From Squalus acanthias (taxonomy: Eukaryota): a stretch of 64,000 nucleotides of DNA. Position 1 is the first letter of the stretch. Each line of letters starts with the position of its first letter. The notes under the pieces were generated by a model that searched no databases, was not told the DNA's origin, and saw only the letters and a list, made by a program, of their open reading frames with translations. This document shows positions 50,675 through 62,236 of the stretch, piece by piece. The DNA is taken from NCBI GenBank assembly GCA_030390025.1, contig CM059432.1, forward strand, positions 96,784,001-96,848,000. Reading direction: 5' to 3'. The position numbers were made by a program, and so were the translations under genes.

Positions 50675-52706
50675 CCCACCTATTCCATGAGCCTCAATTT
50701 TGTTAATCAATCTTCTATGTGGTACTTTGTCAAACGCCTTCCTAAAATCTATGTAGACAACATCCATTGCATTCCCTTCATCAATCCTCCCTGTTACTTC
50801 ATCAAAAAATTCAATTAGATTAGTCAAACATGATCTGCCCTTTACAAATCCGTGTCGGCTCTCCTTAATTAGCTTAAACCTCTCCAAGTGCCCGTAAATT
50901 TTTTTCTTGAGTATTGTTTCTAAAATTTTAAAAAAGAAAGACAGACTTGCATTTAAATAGCGCCTTTCACGACCACCGGACATCTCAAAGCGCTTTACAG
51001 CCAATGAAGTACTTTGAAGTGGAGTTACTATTGTAATGTGGGAAACGCGGGAGCCAATTTGCGCACGGCAAGGTACCACAAGCAGTAATGTGATAATGAC
51101 CAGATAATCTGTTTTTCTTATGGTAGTTGAGGGAGAAATATTGGCCAGGACACCGGGGATAGCTCCCCTACTCTTCTTCGAAATAGTGCCATGGGATCTT
51201 TTACATCCACCTGAGAGAGCAGATGGGGCCTCGGTTTAACGTCTCATCCGAAAGATGGACCACCACTGATGTTAAACTGACTAGCCTGTTGTTACTAGGA
51301 TTGTCCTTACACCCTTTCTTGAACAATGGTGTCACATTTGCCACTTTCCAATCCTCGGGCACCTCCCCCGCATCTAGGGGAAGATTGGAAAATTATGGCA
51401 AGCCCTTCTGCTATCTCCTCCCCCAATTCCCTTAGCAACCTGGGATGCAAGCCATCTGGACCAGGCAACTTATCCACTCTAAGCATACCCAGCCTTTCTA
51501 GTACATCCTGTCTATCAATTTTCACCCCTTCCATTGCTTCTACCTTCTCCAGTTCTTCCGATATTTTGTCAGCATTCACCTCCTTTAGTAAACACTAATA
51601 CAAAGGACTTATTGAGTATTCTAGCCTTGCCCTGTGCCTCTAAGCATATATCACATCTTTGTCCCTAATAGGCCCCACCCTTACTACCCGCTTACTGTTT
51701 ACATGCCGGTAGACGATTTTTGGGTTCCCTTTTATGTTAACCGCCATTCTACTCTCATATTCTCTCTTTGCCAATCTTATTTTCATCCTCACTTCTCCTC
51801 TCAACTTATTGTATTTGGTCTGGTTCTCCCTTGAAGAATTCACCTGACATGCATCATACACCCTCTTTTTTTTGTTTCATCATCTTCTCTATCTCCCTCG
51901 TCATCCAAGGAGCCCTTGCTTTTGGTTCCCTTACCCTTCCCTCTTGTTGGAATGTATCTAGCCTGTACTTGGAACATCTCCTCCTTAAAGATCACCCATT
52001 GTTCCGTTACAGTTTTTCCTGTCAGTCTTTGGTTCCATTTTACCCTGGCTAGATCCTTTCGCATCCCATTGAAGTTAGCCCTATTCCAGTTTAGAAGTTC
52101 CACTCTGGATTGTTCCTTGCTTCTCTCCATTGCTAATCTAAATCTTATGATATGATGATCACTCATACTCAAGTGTTCTCCCACAGAGACTTGGTCGACC
52201 TGGCCCACCTCATTCCCCAGCACCAGATCCAGCAATGCCTCCTTCCTAGTTGGGCCAAGAACATACTCGTCAAGGAAATTCTCCTGAACACATTTCAGAA
52301 ATTCCTCCTGCTCCTTTCCCTTTACCCTAGCATTATCCCAATCGATATTTGAGTAATTAAAGTCCCCCAATATCACCACTCTATAGCTCTTGCATATCTC
52401 TGCGATTTCCCTGCAGATTTGCTCCTCTACCTCCCTCTCACTATTTGGAGGCCTGTAGAATGCCCCTAATAGTGTGATCATACCCTTTTTGCTCCTCAAC
52501 TCTAACCAAATGGATTCTGTCCTTGTCTCCTCAAGAACGTCCTCCCTTTCCAACACTACAAGTTCTTCCTTAATCAGCACTGCCACCCCACCTCCCTTTT
52601 TTCCTTCCCTATCTTTTCTGAACACCTTGTACCCTTGAATATTAAGTGCCCAGTCCTCACCATTTTTAAGCCACGTTTCCGTTATTGCCACAACATCATA
52701 TTGCAT
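50675..52706 (-). mobile_element. CR1 ORF2 fragment (APE to RT), interrupted by a SINE
   Basis: AITETW, YRPPN, LGDFN, SDH; DFRKAFDKVPH. Confidence 0.9.
50930..51258 (-). mobile_element. Deu-domain SINE, 5'-truncated, inserted in CR1
   Basis: Minus strand GGATGAGACGTTAAACCGAGGCCCC..AAAGATCCCATGGCAC..AAAGGCGCTATTTAAATGCAAGT. CR1 resumes on both sides. Confidence 0.85.
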
Positions 52707-54040
52707 TTGTTAAAGGCAAATCGTGTCTGACGAAAGGTCATCGACCTGAAATGTTAACTCTGTTTCTCTCTTCACAGATGCTGCCTGACCTGCTGAGTAT
52801 CTCCAGCATTTTCTGTTTTTATTTCATGTCTGACTAACTTGATTAAGTTCTTCGTAAGTAACAGCGAAGGTTGATAAAGGTAGTGCAGTAGATTTTGTAC
52901 ATATGGACTTTTGGAAGGCATTCAATGAGGTACCACACAGGAGGCTTATCAAGAAGATGGAAGCCCATGGAATTAAGGGGAAAATGGCAGTATGGATACA
53001 AAATTGGCTCAGTGACAGGAAGCAAAGGGTGGTGGTGGATGGATGTTTTTCAGACTGGGAGGTGGTTTGCAGTGATGTTCCCCAAGGGTCAGTTTGGGGC
53101 CCATTACTTTTTTCAACTTTTATAAACAACTAAGACTAGGGTGTAGGGAACAGCATTATAAAGTTTGCAGATGTTACGAAACTTGTCAAAGTAGTAGATA
53201 GTGATGAGGATAGTTATAGGCTTCAGGATGACATAGAGAGGATGGTGAAATGAGCAGAATCATGGCAGATGGAGTTCAATGCGGAGAAGTGTGAAGTGAT
53301 TGCCCTTGGGAGGACTAATATGGAAAGACAGTATACTATAAATGGCACGATTTTGAAAAGTGTAGATGAGCAGAGACCTTGGTGTCCATATACACAAATG
53401 CTTAAAGGCGGCACAGCAAGTTGATAAGGTCATTAAAAAAGCAAATGGGTTTCTTGGGTTTAGAAATAGAGGAATAGAATATAAAAGCAAAGAGATCATG
53501 CTGGAACTTTATAAATTACTGGATCACTGGTTAGACCTTAGCTGGAATATTGTGGACAATTCTGGGTACCACACTTCAGCAAAGATGTAAAGGCCTCAGA
53601 AAGGGCATCGAAGAGGTTTACCAGGATGTTACCAGGGATGAGGGACTTCAGTTATGAGGAGATGTTGAAAAAGTTAGAACTGTTCTCCTTGAAACAGAGA
53701 AGGTTAAGAGGTGACCTAATAAAGGATTACAAGATGATGAGAGGTTTTGATATAGATAGAGAAAAACTATTCCCTCTGGCGTGTGGGTCAATAACCACAG
53801 GCCATAGATTCAAAATCATTGGCAAAAGATCTAGGAAGGAGATGAGGAGATTTTTCTTCACTCAGAGTTGGCAGGATCTGGAACCCTCTACCTGAAAAGG
53901 TGGTGGAAACTGATTCCATAAATAATTTTAGAAGAGAGTTAGACAGGCACTTGAGGTTGAGGAACTTAGAGTTACGGACAAAAAGCGGGTAAGAGCCAGC
54001 ACATGCACGATGGACCAAATTACCTCCTTCTGTGCTCTTG
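52707..54040 (+). mobile_element. 5'-truncated CR1
   Basis: FVKGKSCLTN..DFWKAF..VPQGSV..RRLRGDLI plus a 3' end. Confidence 0.9.
52727..52826 (+). mobile_element. Penelope pLTR fragment with hammerhead ribozyme core
   Basis: CTGACGA-A-AGGTC-atc-GACCT-GAAA-tgtta followed by GATGCTGCCTGACCTGCTGAG. TGTCTGAC is duplicated at 52724 and 52827. Confidence 0.7.
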
Positions 54041-54320
54041 GATGTAGAGAAGATGTATCCACTTGTGGGGAGTCACTAATAAATCCAATAGTTAATTCAG
54101 GAGAAATCTCTTTACCTGATTAGAATGTGGAACTTGCTACCACAGGAGTAGTTGAGCTGACTAGCTTAGATGAATTTAAGGGGAAGCTAGATAATCACAT
54201 GAGGGAGGAAGGAATAGAAAGATATGTTGATGGGGTTAGATGAAGAAGGATAAAGATGAAGCATTGGCATAGACCTGTTGTGCCAAATAGCCTGTTTCTG
54301 TGCTGTAAATACTATGTAAT
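54040..54320 (+). mobile_element. CR1 3'-end fragment
   Basis: CACTAATAAATCCAATA..GGGAAGCTAGATAA..GCCTGTTTCTGTGCTGTAAAT, same type as 19762-20025 and 60590-60835. Confidence 0.75.
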
Positions 54321-54329
54321 AGTATGTTA

Positions 54330-54560
54330 TATTCAAAGAAGAGCAGGTCTCCTGGTGTTCTGGCCAACATTTATCCCTCAACCAACAACTAAAACAGATG
54401 ATCTGGTCATTTATTTCATTGCTGTTTGTGGGGCCTTGCTGTATGTAAATTGGCTGCCATGTTTTCATGTTACAACAGTCATTTCAAAAGTTCTTCATTA
54501 GCGTTAGGGATGTCCTGAGGTTGTGAAAGGCGCTACTGTATATAAATGTAAGTCTCTTTT
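54330..54560 (+). mobile_element. Deu-domain SINE 3' half
   Basis: GGCCAACATTTATCCCTCAACC..GTGAAAGGCGCT..TATAAATGTAAGT. Confidence 0.8.
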
Positions 54561-54832
54561 TTTCTGTCTTATGTTATGGAAGTCACAACAGATGTGACTG
54601 TGTATTGTTTTCCTAATTGCTTATTGTTTTGAGAGACACAAAAAAAACCATCAACTTTACAGTTTCTTAGAAATAAAAAGAAAAACCATGAATGCTAAAG
54701 ATATAAAGTAAAACAAAACATGCTGGCAATGCACAGCAGGTCAATCGGCATCTGAAAGAGAAAGTTAGACTAAAATTTCAGCTGGGCCCCATCACAAGTG
54801 CACTTCACCAATTCCCACCAAAAAGATAAATT

Positions 54833-55883
54833 GGCCCGGAATTTGTGGTCAGTGGCAAAGTGATGACGCTCGCTGCTGACCTCGAAGAAAGCTGCCCGCA
54901 AAGATCTAGCATTCTCTGTGGCGTGAATTTCAGCTCTCCCAACCTTTGTTTGAATCTGGTGCCAAATAAAGCAAATCTCAAGCGTCCAGCAACAGCGATG
55001 TCATCAAGCAGGCTAAGCAGCCAATCACACTGAAGAATTCTCACAGACAGCAAACCAGGAAGTAAAATGCACAGATTCTAATTTACTTATTAATTTTACA
55101 GAGAGCGAAATGAAGATTGGGACATACACATAGGATTAAGTTAAAAGTTGAAATATCTTAAACAAACTTATAGGCCCGGAATCTGTGGTCAATGGTGAAG
55201 AACTTCAGGTTTTCCGACAATCAAATCAACGGAGTATAGTGGGGATCCTCTTGTGTGAACTGCTGTGATGTCAACAAGCTGTCGAAGCAGCCAATCAAAA
55301 GGTAAAATTCTCACAGACAGCGAACCAGGGAGTGAGTAAGATCTTAAAATTCTAACATTTTACAAATGTTAGAGAGAGCAGAACAAAGATTGGAGCTCTC
55401 ACATGGGGAAAAGGCAAACTTGAAATAAAGATGGCAAACTTTAAAAATATATATTTTTAAAGTTTCTTAATTGTTATTTTTTTATTAAAATGTACAAATT
55501 TCACACTGAACAAAATTAAAATTAGTTTTCCAAGTCCTTAACATTTTTTTTAGCAGTCAATACGTTGTTAAAACCCCAGTTACACTTAATCCCTTTGGGT
55601 CTAACTTTTAGTGGGGTTTTTAACAGCATACTTACTGCGGAAGTGCCGAAGTTTTCGTCAGTTTCCCTGATTTGGGTGGTTACTCAGATTGCCGGCTCTG
55701 CGAAGGGGGGGGCGGGGCACAGTGCAGCCTGTTTCGGAGCTGTCAATGACAGACCACAACTTCACGATTTCATGAGCCAAATCCCGAAGTTACAGTCAGT
55801 TTCAAAGGTGGAATGACGGCGAACGTTGCCAGTTTGCCATCATCCCGACCACAAAATCTATGCCATATTATTTGAAAAATCAT
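54833..55883 (+). mobile_element. MITE left part (from 54833) containing a complete same-family MITE at 55173-55864
   Basis: Two GGCCCGGAAT(T/C)TGTGGTC heads. The inner copy ends GACCACAAAATCTATGCC and is flanked by ATA on both sides. Confidence 0.75.
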
Positions 55884-56130
55884 GGCCGGGAAATTCCCTA
55901 CCTTACCGCCTACCATTAACGCCGTATTTCTTCAACAAATGGCAGCCACCTTCAACCGCTTCTGGCGTGGGACACCATTTTGGAGAGGTCGATAGTACTG
56001 CTGTTGCAAGTGCTTGCATCTCTAATTAATATGTGCAGATCGTGATGTACCTCGGTGTGCAACGCCTGATTTGACTAATAACTAATTTTGGATGTTGTTG
56101 CATGCCATAACGCTCTCTACTAACCACGCA
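55884..56130. mobile_element. Harbinger-type left end fragment
   Basis: GGCCGGGAAATTCC start. CTTCTGGCGTGGGAC..CACCATTTTGG is shared with 22985-23017. Confidence 0.6.
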
Positions 56131-56134
56131 CAGA

Positions 56135-56450
56135 ATGACTCCAGCCAGTGGAGAGTTTTCCCCCTGATTCCCATTGACTTCAATTTTACTAGGGCTCCTT
56201 GATGCCACACTCGGTCAAATGCTGCCTTGATGTCAAGGGCAGTCACTCTAACCTCACCTCTGGAATTCAGAACTTTTGTCCATGTTTGGACCAAGGCTGT
56301 AATGAAGTCTGAAGCTAAGTGGGCCTGGCAGAACCCAAACTGAGCATCGGTAGCAGGTTATTGGTGAGTAAGTGGCGCTTGATAGCACTGTCAACGACAC
56401 CTTCCATCACTTTGCTGATGATTGAGAGTAGACTGATGGGGTGGGTAATT
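56135..56450 (-). mobile_element. LINE family B internal fragment
   Basis: LVQTWTKVLNSRGEVRVTALDIKAAFDRVWH. Confidence 0.88.
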
Positions 56451-56747
56451 GACCTTGTGTGATGGGCGGAGTCAACCTGCTGTGTTCAAACTTGTGTAAG
56501 GTCTGCTATTATTGAAGAATTAGCTTGTCAGCTCTACCTCTCTGTGTGTAGAGGGTCTGCTGTGGTAGCACTCAATAGACATGCATCCAATTTATCTTTT
56601 CCCTGATTTTGTCCTTTTTATTCAAAGCTACAGCCAAAGGTGACCCAGAATAAAGCTTTTGAGACCTTTGCTATCTACATCCAATTGTTTTATATAGCAC
56701 AGATGTTACTTAATAGGCAAAGACACTGACGTAGTCCAGAAATACTA

Positions 56748-58567
56748 GGGCGAAAAATTCATATACTTACCGCCACCTGTTAGTGCCTGTGATTCTTGAA
56801 AAAATGGCGGCCACTGCTCTGGCGCCAGCTGGAGGCGGTCCCCGTGGCGGCCACCATATTCGTGGGCCCCTTTGCGCTGCCAGTAACTAACAGCGCCCTC
56901 TTAAAAAAAAAATAACGGCGGTGTGGTGACGTCAGTCGGCGTGCAACGCTGACTTAACGCCACCTACACGAACTTCGACCCTAGCGCTCAATGCAGCGCT
57001 GGGTCCTAAGCAAGCAGGTTGACAGACGCTGACGGGCATTATCTGCAGCTGTTAAAGGGACACACACATCAATCAGGTTAGTTTGAATGGAAGGATTTGG
57101 CCTTGGTTTTTTGGATTTTATTGAAGTGGTGGTTTGCTGCAATATATGTGAAAAGTTTTTAAAGTGTTTTGGGAGTGCTGCCGGACTCTTGCAAGGGCTT
57201 AGATGGCAAGTGAATGCCTTGAGAAGACAGAACATGCTGCAAATACTCAGCAGGTCACGCAATATCTGTGGAGTTCATGTCTCAGGTCGACATGCTGCCT
57301 GACCAACTGAGTATTTGCAGCATCATATGCTGTCATTTCACATTTACAGCATGCGCTTGCAGAGGGAAGAGGAAGACTCTGAAGAGGAAGACGCAGAAGA
57401 GGAGGAAGCCAAAGAGGAGGAATCAGATGGAAGGATTCATCCCAGACAGCCCCTTTGTGACTGGGATATCCGGGATGGAATCATCTGCCTGCGGTCCCAC
57501 TGGCTGGGCAGGCTACCTCTTCTTGTTGACCCACTGGCTGGACAGGCTGCATTTCTTGGGTGTGTGAAATGAGGAAGACACAAGGGTGGAGTTGTGCTGA
57601 CGGGAGGGCAGGAAACCTAGAGGTGCATGCCAGAAGGGGGATAACGTATGAGGATACCAGCATCTTGTATCCTTTCAGCCCCACCACTGGCCAAGGGTTC
57701 AACCATGCCCCTGCCAAGAATGGCCTCCACCGTCTCCTCCAAGGGCGTGAGGTGATGCTTGGAATGGTAGATGTGCCTCGTCATTGGTGCAGATTGTTGG
57801 TAGGTGAGTGTTTGGAGGTCCTGCATTGAGCAGTGTGTGAGGCTAGTGGTGCAGTTGGTAGGTGATGGCTTTTGAAGATACATTCACTGACTTTGACCAG
57901 TGGTCTGAGATCATGAAGCTTCTTTGGGCACTGGAGCCAGGTGTTGGGGGCGACACTGCTGGCAGTGATGGCCTTGGTAATATGCTCGCACATTGTTCTT
58001 TCTGGGGGCCTCCTGGCCCCTGTGGGTAGAAGGCCAGTCTTGCAGTGTTGACCCCCCTGCACAAAGCTGGAGTGCTGCATGCGAGACCCTGGGTGCCCCT
58101 TTCCTGGCTTGCTGAGCCATTTGTGTTAGTGCTGAGGCAGTTTTCCCATTTGTTCAGTTTAGGAAGGTATTTCAGCTTTAAGAGCTGACTAATCACATTT
58201 GGAACTTCTTTTAAATATTAAATATTTGTAAAAAGACAAAGGGCTGAAAAATGTATTGTCTTGCTTTACTGTGCATGGCCCCATTAAATTTCAGAGCTCC
58301 TCACTGCCCACAATGCATTGTGAGCTTCACAGCCTCGCACACAGATGCTAGAGGAAGCAGCAACACCACACTAGGACCACAAATTGGTCCCGGATCCCTG
58401 TGCAATGCCACCAGGATGGTGTTGCGCCTAAGGTTAACGCTGTGCCACCTACCTCCATGCCCTCCAGACCAATTTAGGTCGGTTAGCGCTGCAGCCATTT
58501 CAGGCGGCCGTTAATGGCAGTTGGCGGTGACACCGATTGCTTTGCCGGCGATCACCAATTTTTCCCC
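56748..58567. mobile_element. Non-autonomous Harbinger with Myb remnant (-) and Penelope-derived hairpin
   Basis: GGGCGAAAAATT / AATTTTTCCCC ends, MAQQARKGAPR..NTWLQCPKKLHDL, colinear with 22904-24630. Confidence 0.82.
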
Positions 58568-59082
58568 ATAGGGGTTTAGTCTTTGAACATTTATCCAACA
58601 GCATAGCATTTCTGATCAAACACATTCCTTGGTATAACTCCTGGTTATGCTCTGCGTCAGTCCTTTTACTTACTGAGTTAAGTAAAAATGAATATACTGC
58701 TATTATAAGATTTTACATGTTTTCTTGAGGCACATATAAAACAAGGATGGAATTAAAATAGGGCACAGAACAAAAAAACTGTCTGGACTTCATTTCTTTC
58801 TGTATTTCTACACTCACATTCATAAAATACACTATAAAATGTATTATTGCTGAAATCCCAAGATGAGAAATGGAGGTTATGTAAACTTGAGTTTTTTTCT
58901 GTGTTTGAATGATTGTTTTGGGCTGTCACAATTCTTATGTAAGAGCAATGTGTGTTGTATCCACAAACGAGAACATTAATCATGTCAACTGCTTTTGATC
59001 ATATTAGGGATTATAGCAGATATGTCTATGAAACCACAGTGCTTAGCTGAAATAAAAGAAAAATGCAAATAAGGTACTGAAT

Positions 59083-59732
59083 GATGATGCCACCTTCCAT
59101 ACTAGTGCTTCCGATATATCTTCCTTTTTCCTCAACTAAGGATTCCCCTCTACCATGGTTGACAGGGCCCTCAACTGTGTCTCTTCCATTTCCCGCATCT
59201 CTGCTTTCACCCCTTTCCCTCCCTCCCAGAACCACGATAGGGTTCCCCTTGTCCTCCCCTTTCACCCCACCAGCCTTCACATTCAACGGATCATCCTCCG
59301 CCATTTCTGCTACCTCCAGCGTGATCCCACCACCAAACACATCTCCCCCTCCCCTTTCAGCATTCCAAAGGCCTGGTACACTCCTCAATCACCCCCAACA
59401 CTCACTCCCCTTCCCACGCAAGCACAGGAGATGCAACACCTGCCCTTCTACTTCCTCCTTTCCCACCATCCAGGGCCCCAAACACTCCTTCCAGGTGAAA
59501 CAGTGATTTAGTTGTCCTTCTTGCAATTTAGTATAATGTATTCACTGCTCATGATGCAGTCTCCTCTACAGTGGGGAGACCAACCGCAGATTGGGTGACC
59601 GCATTGCAGAACACCTCCGTTCAGTCTGCAAGCGTGATCCTGAGCTTCCGGTCGCCTATCACTTTAATTATCCGCTCCACTCCCAGGCTGTCGTCGGCCT
59701 CTTACATTGTTACAACGAAGCTCAACGTCAGC
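59083..59732 (+). mobile_element. Penelope-like element: RT C-terminus and GIY-YIG endonuclease, decayed
   Basis: DRVPLVLPFHP, RRCNTCP and NLV*CIHCS*CSLLYSGETNRRLGDRIAEH. Confidence 0.88.
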
Positions 59733-60410
59733 ACATTACCATCGCCAAATGCCCCAACATCAACATCTTGTGGGTCACCATTGACCAGAAACTTAACTGG
59801 ACCAGCCACATGAATACTGTGGCTACAAGGGCAGGTCAGAGGCTAGGTATTCTGTGACAAGTGTCTCACCTCCTGACTCCCCAAAGCCTTTCCATCATCT
59901 ACAAGGCACAAGTCAGGAGTGTGATGGAATATTCTCCACTTGCCTGGATGAGTGCAGCTCCAACAACACTCAAGAATTCGACACTATCCAGGACAAAGCA
60001 GCCTGCTTGATTGGCACTCCATCCACCACCGGCGCACCGTGGCTGCAGTGTGTACCATCTACAAGATGCACTGTAGCAACTGGCCAAGGCTTCTTTGACA
60101 GCACCTCCCAAACCTACGACCTCTACCACCTAGAAGGACAAGGGCAGCAGACACCTGGGACCATTATCACTGCCAAGTTCCCCTCCAACTCGCACACCAT
60201 CCTGACTTGGAAATATATCGCTGTTCTTTCACCGTCGCTGGGTCAAAATCCTGGCACTCCCTCCCTAACAGCACTGTGGGAGTACCTTCACCACCCGGAC
60301 TGCAGCGGTTCAAGAAGGCAGCTCACCACCACCTTCTCAAGGGCAATTAGGGATGGGCATTAAATGCTGGCCTTGCCAGTGTCGCCCACATACCAGGAAC
60401 AAAAAAAAAA
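59733..60410 (+). mobile_element. LINE family B 3' part
   Basis: VTIDQKLNWTSH..QVRSVMEYSP, the family tail and an A-run. Confidence 0.88.
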
Positions 60411-60589
60411 GGTCTCCTTGGCATTTCTTTAGTTAAGATTTAATTTGGGGACTTTGCTGATTGATGATTTTGACAACTTAAGTGGTGGGTTTCGTAGCCT
60501 GGTGGGATAGTCCTTTGAATGCCAATGTCCTGTTATAGCTTAAACAGGTACAGAATAATAAGTGCTGACTCGCCTACATAGTTAAATAC

Positions 60590-60835
60590 CTGGGTAGATG
60601 TAGAGAAGACGTTGCCACTTTTGGGGTGTCCAAAATATGGGGTCATAACTAAAAGATAGTCACTAATAAATCCAATAAGAAATTCAAGGGAAACTTATGT
60701 ACCCAGAGAGCGGTTAGAATGTTGAGGTGAAAAGCATAGATGCATTTAAGGGAAAGCTAGATAAGTACATGAGGGTGAAAGGAATGGAAGGATATGCTAA
60801 TAGGGTAGGAGGAGGCTTGTGTGGAGCATAAACAA
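60590..60835 (+). mobile_element. CR1 3'-end fragment
   Basis: Matches 54040-54320. Confidence 0.7.
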
Positions 60836-61649
60836 CTCTGTCCTGCGGAGTCTTTCTCACCATATAAAATGTAGCATTTTCATTCATGGTTGCACGTAAA
60901 AGACCTGAGGCACAAAAGTTAAAAAGAGGCATCGTGAACCATTTCTTTGAGTCACTTTTCCCTCAGATTTTTACTGTCAAAACAATTCTCAGCTGTTAAT
61001 TTAGTATTTGTAGGAAATATAGAAACACAAATAGAGAATATGGTGTGCGATCAATGATCCAACTACTGTACATAGTCCTGAGCACTGCAGTTTTGGGTTA
61101 TGATTTTTTTTAAATGAGAATGAAACCATTCTTTAAGGCACGCACTATTCCCTTTATTCCCAGTCATGATTTCCTTGTGGTACCTGCCATATGCAACTGA
61201 TAGCCAGAGAACTTGCTTCCAGCCTTTCATTAATTATGTCATTAAAACTAGTCACGAGAGTTGAAGTTAAAGTGCAAATAGTAGTGACAGACTGTGGAGT
61301 ATAATGAACTGCAGGTAGACCAAAGTTATACTTCTGACTGTACATTGTACTGTACTTAACAGCAGAAGAGCACTATATCTCCACGACGATGCTTGCGAGT
61401 ATATGATAAGTATTTTGCCCTTCACTTGAATGATTTTTAATTTTAGAGACAATGGGCAGCAGCATTTTATTTCTCTGAATTTAAAAAATATTGCAAAATA
61501 AGTTTATAAAGTTCCCAAGAGTTGCTGTGAAGGTCTTGGGCATGTTTAAAAGTTGACTGCTCACTGAACTGCTGTTATACTGCAGTAGTCCTATTGGAAC
61601 TCTTTCCTATAGTACACTCTGAAGTCAGATTGGGAAATGACTCCCAAAT

Positions 61650-62236
61650 AACAACAACAACAACAACTTGTATTTATATAGCGACTTTAACGTAGTAAAA
61701 TGTCCCAAGGCACTGCACAAGAGTATTTTAAGACAAAAAATTTGACACCGAGCCATATAAGGAGAAATTGGGGCAGGTGACCAAAAAGCTTGATCAAAGA
61801 GGTAGGTTTATAGGAACATCTTAAAGGAGGAAAGAGAGGTAGAGAGGCGGAGAGGTTTAGGCAGGGAATTCCAGAGCTTAGGGCCTAGGCAACAAAAGGC
61901 ATGGACAACAATGGTTGAGCGATTATAATCAGGGATGCTCAGGAGGGCAGAATTAGGGGAGCGCAGATATCTCGGAGGGTTGTGGGGCTGAAGGAGATTA
62001 GAGATAGGAAGGGGCGAGGCCATAGAGGGATTTGAAAACAAGGATGAGAATTTTGAAATCAAGGTGCTGCTTAACCGGGAGCCAATGTAGGTCAGTGAGC
62101 ACAGGGGGGATGGGCGAACGGGACTTGGTGTGAGTTAGGACAAGGGCAGCCGAATTTTGGATGACCTCAAGTTTATATAGGGTGGAATGTGGGAGGCCAG
62201 CCAGGAGTGCATTGGAATAGTCAAGTCTAGAGTTAC
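61650..62236 (-). mobile_element. L2 LINE 3' end
   Basis: SRLDYSNALL..IQNSAA..LHWLP..GLAPSYL and tail GCTATATAAATACAAG(TTG)n. Confidence 0.9.

Noticed and set aside
50675..54040. Twin-priming inversion of a single CR1
   Set aside because: The two oppositely oriented pieces overlap in RT (KGxSCLTN..HGI) and differ in sequence, so they are separate copies.
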